DNA of 64,000 bases from Gemmatimonadota bacterium (GTDB lineage Bacteria; JBHIER01; G020348925): contig CP070758.1 in NCBI GenBank assembly GCA_020348925.1, positions 4,959,775-5,023,774 on the forward strand, in the 5' to 3' direction. The position numbers were made by a program, and so were the translations under genes. The notes beneath the pieces are model-generated. The model was not told the DNA's origin. It was given only the letters and a program-made list of their open reading frames with translations, and made no database searches. Positions 57,331-64,000 of the stretch are shown here, piece after piece (the first letter of the stretch is position 1; every line of letters starts with the position of its first letter).

Positions 57331-60300
57331 ATGTTCCAGGGCAATCAAAGATTCTGTGCTGGTGTTTCCAAGAGGACGCATGATCAGGGAAGGAACCACG
57401 GAGATGGCGATGGTCTTTCAAAGAAAACCTGCATACGGTACGGGGGCCATATTCTTCTCTCCAGTTTTCTGTGTCTCCTCTGGTTTCTGTTCCGCGTGGG
57501 GACAAAACCCTCCCGCATTACTTATCCTTGTCAAAAGGCCGCCCTGGCACACAGCGGATGGTTTCTGGGATATATCCTGTACTGCGCAGGTATTCTTTTC
57601 AAAAAAATTACACCCAATTCTTTTGAACGGTCGTTCCCAAACAATATCGCTGTCCCGCGAATTGGAGTAGTATCCCTCTGCCTTTTTGTAACTATTCTGG
57701 GAACGGCCGTTCTCAGCTTTCTGGGGCAATCCAACGTCGATCCGATTCCGAAAGAGTTTTCGTTATCACTCCCTTCCCTGCGGGCCACGGTCCCTTCCGG
57801 GGTATCGGACATCTTTGCTGCGGCCGAATGCCCGAAACCCAGTATCGATGGCTCCGATCGTTACCACGAAGGCCTTGACGCCCTTCTGAATCTCATGGGC
57901 CAACACGGTCTCATGTTGTACAACACGTCACAATCGGTGCCGCACGGGGGATCGGATGGTCTTATCAGGGCGGATGATGTTGTCTTGATAAAGATCAATT
58001 ACCAGTGGGACGAGCGAGGGGGAACGAACACGGATGTGTTGAAAGGGTTGACGCGCAGAATTTTGGAGCATCCGGACGGGTTTACCGGTGAGGTGGTGGT
58101 GGTGGAGAATATTCAGGTCCAGCCCGAGGGCAAACAGATCACCGATTTCGAGTACCCCCTGGGCAGCAACGCGGAGTTACACAGTCAGTCCCCGAGAGCC
58201 GTTATAGAGGCTTTGAAGGCGGAGGGATATGAGGGGCATGTTTCAGGAGTTTTCTGGGCAAATTTCAGATATCATTTCATCTCTGAGGACAATCATGTCG
58301 AAGACGGGTATGTCGTCCTGGATGGTGCCCTCGCGTATCCCAAGTTTACGACGGAAAACGGTCACAGAATCGACCTGAAGCGCGGTCTGTGGAACGGGAG
58401 CGGTTACGAGGACCGGGTGCGGTTCATGAACATGCCGGTCCTGAAGGATCATGGCATCTTCGGTGTCACGGCCTCTTCGAAAAATTATATGGGAGTTCCG
58501 ACCGTGGACTACCGCACCATCGATCACTCCATTTTGAATGAATCCGGCTATCTGGGACGGATGATGGTTCATATTCGATATCCTGATCTCAACATCATCG
58601 ATGCCATTTACGTGAATGCAGCGAGCGGTGGACCCTACACGTCGTACGACATGGCGACGAATCTCAATATTCTTCTGGCCGGTACGGATCCCGTCGGTCT
58701 GGATTATTTTGCCGGCAAATACGTTCTGTCTCCTGTCAGCGGTCGTCCGAATCACCATCCCGATGCGGAGGGCATATTCCGCGAGTATCTCCAGTCCACG
58801 GCGGATACCCTGAGGGGTCATGGTTTTCAACCGGTCATGGGCGACAGCGCACTCAACGTCTACGTCGCCAATCTGTCCGAGAGGCCGAATCTCGCCTATC
58901 TCGGTTTTCGCATGGACGATACGGATGGGAACGGCAACGGGGAACTGAATCGGGGCGAAACGGCCGATCTTATCGTCTCTCTGGAAAACGAGTACTTCGG
59001 TGCCGCGGCTTCCGGGATTGTTGCCACCCTCTTTACTGAGGATCAAGAAATAACGGTGGTGGATAATGCCGCAACTTTCGATAATATCTCGGCTAAGGAG
59101 GTCGGTGACAATGCGGCCGATCCCTTCGTGATTCGTGCCAATGATGAATGTTCCCCCCACTGGGCTGAGGTGTCGATGATTGTGGAGACGGACGGAGGAT
59201 ATGTCGATACCCTCCAATTCTCTATTCCTGCGGGCGATCCGGTCATTTTACTTGTGGATGATGACGGAGGTGAGCAGATCGAAGACTTTTACGAGGATGC
59301 TTTCCGGAGGAGCGGATACATCTACAGTTATCTGAATCGCGGTGCGAAAGCACTGCCCATCTCTTCGGACGACTACCGGACGATCGTATGGTTTACGGGC
59401 GCCTGCAGCGAAAGTACGCTCACAGCGGAAGATCAAGCCTTTTTGGCTTCCACTCTCGACAGCGGCGGCTCTCTCTTTCTCTCAGGGCAGAACATCGGCT
59501 ATGATTTAGTAGAACAGCGGTATGGGCCTGATTTTTATTCAGAGTATCTTCATACCGAATATATCGGCGATGCGGTCGAGGAGTCTTTTCTGTGTGGAGT
59601 TCAAGGGGATCCCATCTCCGGTGCGTTCACATTTTTCTCTATTGACGTGGATCAAACTTCTCCCAGTGTTCTTGCGCCGCGTGACGGTGCCAGTCCAGTA
59701 TTGGTCTATCAAATTTCTCGGGACACGGCGGGTATCAAATACGAGGGGGATCACAGGGTCGTCTATTTTGGGCTGGGATTTGAGGGGATGGGGGCGCTGA
59801 GTGGATCTGATGAGGAGATGCGGAAGACATTGCTCCAAAATATTATACGGTGGTTCGACTACGTGCCCACACAAGGGGACGTGACCCAGGACGGTGGTGT
59901 TGATATCCTGGATGTGCTGGCCACGGTGAACATCATTTTGGGATTGATGCAGCCGACACCCACCCAGAGCTGGGCGGCCGATTGCACTGCTGATGGCCTC
60001 GTCAATATTATCGACGTGGTCGGCATCGTGAACGTGGTCCTCGGCCTCGGAACCTGCCCGCCAACGGGCGCAGTGAGATTGTCCCCGGTCGCCGTTGGGT
60101 ACTTACAACGGCTTCAGTCCTACCTGTCGTCGGATGATTTTGCCCTTCTCATGTCGATGGCTGCGGGGTTGAACGGGCCGGCGGACTACCGGCTTTCGCA
60201 AAACTATCCCAACCCCTTCAATCCCAGAACGTCCATTGCCTTTACCCTTCCCAGCACCGCGGAAGTCCGTTTGACCGTGTACAACATTTTAGGTCAAGAG

Positions 60301-60444
60301 GTGGACGTTTTGGTCGACGGTCGATTGGAATCCGGATCCCACGCGGTTTCGTGGGATGCTCGTGATATGGCCAGTGGGGTGTATTATTACCGGCTCACAG
60401 CAACCGGCTACACGGAAACCAAATGTATGCTTCTGATGAAGTGA
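57331..60444 (+). CDS. DUF362-domain protein with dockerin-like and FlgD-Ig/T9SS-like C-terminal domains
   Basis: GGAGG RBS before ATG 57331; KPSRITYPCQ, VLIKIN, MPVLKDH..GVTASSKNYMG, GTDPVGLD; GDVTQDGGVDILDV dockerin pair; QNYPNPFNP. Confidence 0.8.
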   Translation: MFQGNQRFCAGVSKRTHDQGRNHGDGDGLSKKTCIRYGGHILLSSFLCLLWFLFRVGTKPSRITYPCQKAALAHSGWFLGYILYCAGILFKKITPNSFERSFPNNIAVPRIGVVSLCLFVTILGTAVLSFLGQSNVDPIPKEFSLSLPSLRATVPSGVSDIFAAAECPKPSIDGSDRYHEGLDALLNLMGQHGLMLYNTSQSVPHGGSDGLIRADDVVLIKINYQWDERGGTNTDVLKGLTRRILEHPDGFTGEVVVVENIQVQPEGKQITDFEYPLGSNAELHSQSPRAVIEALKAEGYEGHVSGVFWANFRYHFISEDNHVEDGYVVLDGALAYPKFTTENGHRIDLKRGLWNGSGYEDRVRFMNMPVLKDHGIFGVTASSKNYMGVPTVDYRTIDHSILNESGYLGRMMVHIRYPDLNIIDAIYVNAASGGPYTSYDMATNLNILLAGTDPVGLDYFAGKYVLSPVSGRPNHHPDAEGIFREYLQSTADTLRGHGFQPVMGDSALNVYVANLSERPNLAYLGFRMDDTDGNGNGELNRGETADLIVSLENEYFGAAASGIVATLFTEDQEITVVDNAATFDNISAKEVGDNAADPFVIRANDECSPHWAEVSMIVETDGGYVDTLQFSIPAGDPVILLVDDDGGEQIEDFYEDAFRRSGYIYSYLNRGAKALPISSDDYRTIVWFTGACSESTLTAEDQAFLASTLDSGGSLFLSGQNIGYDLVEQRYGPDFYSEYLHTEYIGDAVEESFLCGVQGDPISGAFTFFSIDVDQTSPSVLAPRDGASPVLVYQISRDTAGIKYEGDHRVVYFGLGFEGMGALSGSDEEMRKTLLQNIIRWFDYVPTQGDVTQDGGVDILDVLATVNIILGLMQPTPTQSWAADCTADGLVNIIDVVGIVNVVLGLGTCPPTGAVRLSPVAVGYLQRLQSYLSSDDFALLMSMAAGLNGPADYRLSQNYPNPFNPRTSIAFTLPSTAEVRLTVYNILGQEVDVLVDGRLESGSHAVSWDARDMASGVYYYRLTATGYTETKCMLLMK

Positions 60445-60566
60445 GTCAGTATATGCACAGGAGTGTGAGGCGCGAGATGTTTACTGGGGGATGTGCGAAG
60501 GTTTCGAGGGAACAAGTATTTCCTCAGGCAGAGATATGATTCGATTTTTGAGAGAAAGGAGACCTC

Positions 60567-63506
60567 ATGAGAACGCATTCGATTCTTCTGAGCGTTACTA
60601 TTGTATTGGCGATGCTCACAGTGTCCTTCAGCGTGGCCCAAATCGTTTTCACCAAACACACCATTGAACAAGACTTCGATTACGCATTTGGGATCTACGC
60701 GTGTGATGTTGATCGGGACGGCGACATGGATGTTTTGGGGGCAGCCCTGGATGACAGCGAAATATCCTGGTGGCGGAACGACGGAGGTACTCCGATCCTC
60801 TGGACAAAACAGATTATTGATGGAAATTTCGACGGCGCGACGTCCGCCTTTGCCACGGATGTCGATGGTGATCTTGATGTTGATGTTCTGGGTTCTTCCT
60901 GGTACGGTCAGGAGATTGCCTGGTGGCGTAACGACGGCGGTGATCCGATAACCTGGTCGAAGACGACAATACGAAGCGGATATGACTTTGCCCATGAGGT
61001 CTATAGTTATGACCTTGATGAGGACGGCGATGCCGATGTACTGGGTGCTTCCACGAATCTGAGCAGAATATCCTGGTGGCGGAATGATGGCGGTGATCCG
61101 ATCACGTGGGTTGAACAGACGATAGGGGTTGGATTTACCGGCGCGAAGTCGGCTCGTGCTGCGGATATTGATGGTGACGGCGACCTGGATGTGATTGGTG
61201 CAGCTATCCAGGCTGATGAGGTGACCTGGTGGCGGAATGACGGCGGGGATCCGATCCAGTGGACGGAATTTGTTATTGATAATCATTTCGACGGAGCGCA
61301 CAGAGTCGAGATATGCGACCTGGATGAGGACGGGGATTGTGATGTCGTGGGTACCGCAATTTTTGGTCATGAAATTGCGTGGTATGAGAACAGTGGTGGC
61401 GATCCCGTTGTGTGGGCAAAGCAAACGATAACCGAAGGATTTTTAAATGCCTGCATCGGTCTGCCGACCGACGTGGACCTGGATGGGGATGTTGATATTG
61501 TGGGGACAGCCCAGCTTGGTGACGAGGTGGCCTGGTGGCGGAATGACGGCGGCGATCCCATTGTCTGGACGAAGTGTATGATCGACGATGATTTCGACGG
61601 GGCCTGGCCCGGTTATGCGTGCGATCTGGACGGCGACAGTGATATCGATGTCGTGGCTGGGGCCAGCTTCGGCGATGAGGTGGCCTGGTGGGAGAATGGT
61701 CTCTACGGTGCTCTTTTTCAAACTGAGGTTACGTCCGGCCACGCACCACTCACCATCGGCTTCACAAACCTTTCCAATGCCGATCCCCCGCTCACATCCT
61801 GGTTATGGGATTTCAATAGTGATGGTACTGTGAACTCCCAGGAGGAGAATCCGACGTGGACCTACACGGAACCCGGAATCTACTCCGTCTCCCTGGAGGT
61901 GTCCAACGGTTCTGTCACGTACAGGCGATTTCGAGAGAACTATATCCATGTTTTCGACGGCGAAAGCGCCCTTGCCTTTGACGGTCAGGATTCCTACGCC
62001 TCGTGTCCCGCAGTACCGGATCTTAACGTCACCGCAGCGTTTACGATAGAGGCCTGGATTAATCCCGCCGACTGGGGAGAATTTCCCAGTCTCGGGCTGG
62101 GCAGAATCATCGACAAAAGATCCATCTCCTTGTTTCTTGTTGATTCATACTTGTCATTTCACAGGCATAGTCTGCTTTTACAACTTGTGCATGAAAACGG
62201 TAGTGTGAGCTATTCGAACACGCCGGACGAATCGATAGCGCTTGACGCATGGCAGCATATTGCAGTGACATTTAATGGTCAAAGTGTTGTAAAAGCATAT
62301 ATAAATGGTATTGAACAAACAGTCACTCACGTGCATGAACCTTCGGGCGTCATCGGAGATAACAGGAACGATGATTTGATAATTGGGAACACGCCTGATC
62401 TCGGCTCGGCTTTCCGTGGCATCATCGATGAGATCCGTCTGTGGGATGTCGCCCGATCTCACGAAGATGTACAAACCTGTATGAATACATACCTGGGGGG
62501 AGACGAATTCGGTTTGATGGGGTACTGGCAGATGAACGAGGGCTGCGGTGAAGCCATTACGGATTTTACTGGTAACGGACATGATGGGATCGTGGTTGAC
62601 GCTGCTTGGGTTCAGGGTTTTCATCTGACTCCGGTCTCAATTGACAGGGACGGAGATGGAGTCATAGATGGTGAGGACAACTGTCCGAACGAGTATAATC
62701 CTGGGCAGGAGGACGAAGAGAGTGACGGTGTCGGTGACGAGTGCGATAATTGCCCGGGTGATCCCAATTTTGACCAAGCTGATGGTGATCGTGATGGCAC
62801 AGGAGATGTGTGTGATGCCTGCACGGACACTGATGGCGACGGATACGGTGATCCCGGTTATCCAACCAGTTCGTGTGATGAAGACAATTGTCCTGCTGTT
62901 TACAATCCGGATCAAGCTGATGTCGAAAGAGGCAATATCGATTGCGCAGGCGGTGTTGATGTTCTCGATGTTCTGAGTGTGGTGAATCACATATTGGGAA
63001 CGCATCCTCTGAGTGGAGGACCTCTTGATCGCGCTGACTGCAACGGTGACGGCGGTGTGAATATTCTTGATGCCCTCGGAATCATTAATGTGATTCTTGG
63101 TGTCGGTGAGTGCGCACCAGCCTGGACCGAACTCGTGGTCACTTCTGAGATGATTCAGTTCTGCGAATCTCTGAAGTCCTATCTTGCAACTGAGGATTTT
63201 GCGGAATTCATGACTCTCGTAAAAACCAAGACTCAGATTCCAAAGGAATATAATCTCGCTCAAAACTATCCCAATCCTTTCAATCCTAAGACAGAGATCC
63301 AATTCGGTCTCCCCGAAGCAGCGCGGGTAAAGCTTACGGTTTACAACATACTGGGCCAAGAAATTGCAGTATTGGTCGATTCGAGGTTTGACGTCGGATA
63401 CCATTTCTTGACATGGGATGCCTCTCATATGACCAGTGGCATATATTTTTACCGCATAGAGGCGGGAACATTTGTAGCGACGAAATGCATGGCACTCATC
63501 AAGTAA
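60567..63506 (+). CDS. Secreted adhesin-like protein: FG-GAP/VCBS propeller, PKD, LamG, TSP3, dockerin, CTD
   Basis: About seven DxDGDxDV...[12 protein letters not shown] repeats; WLWDFNSDG (PKD); FTIEAWI...WQHIAVT...IDEIRLW (LamG); [13 protein letters not shown] (TSP3); GGVDVLDV and [17 protein letters not shown]. Confidence 0.88.
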   Translation: MRTHSILLSVTIVLAMLTVSFSVAQIVFTKHTIEQDFDYAFGIYACDVDRDGDMDVLGAALDDSEISWWRNDGGTPILWTKQIIDGNFDGATSAFATDVDGDLDVDVLGSSWYGQEIAWWRNDGGDPITWSKTTIRSGYDFAHEVYSYDLDEDGDADVLGASTNLSRISWWRNDGGDPITWVEQTIGVGFTGAKSARAADIDGDGDLDVIGAAIQADEVTWWRNDGGDPIQWTEFVIDNHFDGAHRVEICDLDEDGDCDVVGTAIFGHEIAWYENSGGDPVVWAKQTITEGFLNACIGLPTDVDLDGDVDIVGTAQLGDEVAWWRNDGGDPIVWTKCMIDDDFDGAWPGYACDLDGDSDIDVVAGASFGDEVAWWENGLYGALFQTEVTSGHAPLTIGFTNLSNADPPLTSWLWDFNSDGTVNSQEENPTWTYTEPGIYSVSLEVSNGSVTYRRFRENYIHVFDGESALAFDGQDSYASCPAVPDLNVTAAFTIEAWINPADWGEFPSLGLGRIIDKRSISLFLVDSYLSFHRHSLLLQLVHENGSVSYSNTPDESIALDAWQHIAVTFNGQSVVKAYINGIEQTVTHVHEPSGVIGDNRNDDLIIGNTPDLGSAFRGIIDEIRLWDVARSHEDVQTCMNTYLGGDEFGLMGYWQMNEGCGEAITDFTGNGHDGIVVDAAWVQGFHLTPVSIDRDGDGVIDGEDNCPNEYNPGQEDEESDGVGDECDNCPGDPNFDQADGDRDGTGDVCDACTDTDGDGYGDPGYPTSSCDEDNCPAVYNPDQADVERGNIDCAGGVDVLDVLSVVNHILGTHPLSGGPLDRADCNGDGGVNILDALGIINVILGVGECAPAWTELVVTSEMIQFCESLKSYLATEDFAEFMTLVKTKTQIPKEYNLAQNYPNPFNPKTEIQFGLPEAARVKLTVYNILGQEIAVLVDSRFDVGYHFLTWDASHMTSGIYFYRIEAGTFVATKCMALIK

Positions 63507-63550
63507 AAACTCGACACTAAGATAAGGTCGAAATCGAAAGGAGGGCAGAC

Positions 63551-64000
63551 ATGAAGGGAACCATGTACTGTATCTCTCTTTTTACACTATTTTGTTTTGA
63601 AGTTGTCTCATTTTCGGTGTCTCCTGCATCGAGCGTCGCACATCCCTCCAATTCTGAGAAAAGCAAAATAGAGAGAACGAACAGGTTAACTGATAGGGAA
63701 CTTGATAATCTCATTGCCTTTACACGGCTCATGGGCTATGTTCGTTATTTCCACCCCAGTGACGAGGTGGCCTCGACCAATTGGGACCTATTTTGTGTTG
63801 AAAACATACAGAGGGTGCAAAACGCGGACGATCCTGCAGATTTAGCGCGACGACTTCAGGGTATATTCAAACCCATTGCCCCATCCCTTCGCGTTTATGA
63901 GACCGGAACCTCTCCTTCAGAAGATCCGAATATGATTCCACTGGAAACAAGTGATTCATTATGGATTACCCAGTGGTATCATTTAGGATTGGAAACCCCT
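63551..64000 (+). CDS. Secreted protein, 5' part; N-terminus resembles S41-family peptidases
   Basis: GGAGGG RBS; MKGTMYCISLFTLFCF...NLIAFTRLMGYVRYFHPSDE...NWD; open to the window end. Confidence 0.6.
   Translation, partial: MKGTMYCISLFTLFCFEVVSFSVSPASSVAHPSNSEKSKIERTNRLTDRELDNLIAFTRLMGYVRYFHPSDEVASTNWDLFCVENIQRVQNADDPADLARRLQGIFKPIAPSLRVYETGTSPSEDPNMIPLETSDSLWITQWYHLGLETP

Noticed and set aside
60700-61700. Repeated TGGTGGCGGAATGACGGCGG DNA motifs as a non-coding array
   Set aside because: They encode the WWRNDGG blades of the FG-GAP propeller.
1-64000. DGR template repeat, reverse transcriptase or avd in the window
   Set aside because: I found no AAC-rich near-copy of the VR and no RT motifs by eye on either strand.
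1-64000. tRNA or rRNA genes, IS transposases, integrases
   Set aside because: None recognised; intergenic spaces are short and explained otherwise. A covariance-model scan was not possible.

Overview
Bacterial scaffold window made of three segments joined by two 100-N gaps (34574-34673 and 56504-56603), so adjacency across the gaps is unproven. Gene content suggests an anaerobic diderm, probably an FCB-associated lineage; this is inferred from FlgD-Ig/T9SS-like 'YPNPFNP' tails and a PorZ-like gene. Segment 1 (1-34573, all minus strand) carries rnfCDG, rpiB-glyA-nrdR and a TPR protein. It also carries a ~24 kb co-oriented cluster: MarR, Tat glycosylasparaginase, Bzd-type ATP-dependent benzoyl-CoA reductase bzdNOPQ, a repeat-flanked GxxExxY insert, ferredoxin, BzdV-like oxidoreductase, GNAT, Had-like dehydrogenase, two 3-hydroxyacyl-CoA dehydrogenases, crotonase, two 2-oxoacid:ferredoxin oxidoreductases, and a coupled LeuA-like/aminotransferase/LeuCD/LeuB module. 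A YHS protein and a gap-truncated CusA end the segment. Segment 2 carries a secreted FGE/C-type-lectin-fold protein whose 3' end looks like a diversity-generating-retroelement variable region, an ANTAR regulator, glutamate dehydrogenase, a surface-glycan locus, a PorZ-like gene, lnt, a degenerate L,D-transpeptidase, apgM, purM and a membrane HD-GYP protein preceded by an unannotated 24-aa peptide gene. Segment 3 carries large secreted multidomain proteins that share a dockerin-helix-CTD tail. The best leads are the benzoyl-CoA reductase/alpha-keto-acid elongation cluster, the orphan DGR target, the peptide/HD-GYP pair and several families of intergenic hairpin repeats. All calls come from reading motifs by eye; no database searches were run.
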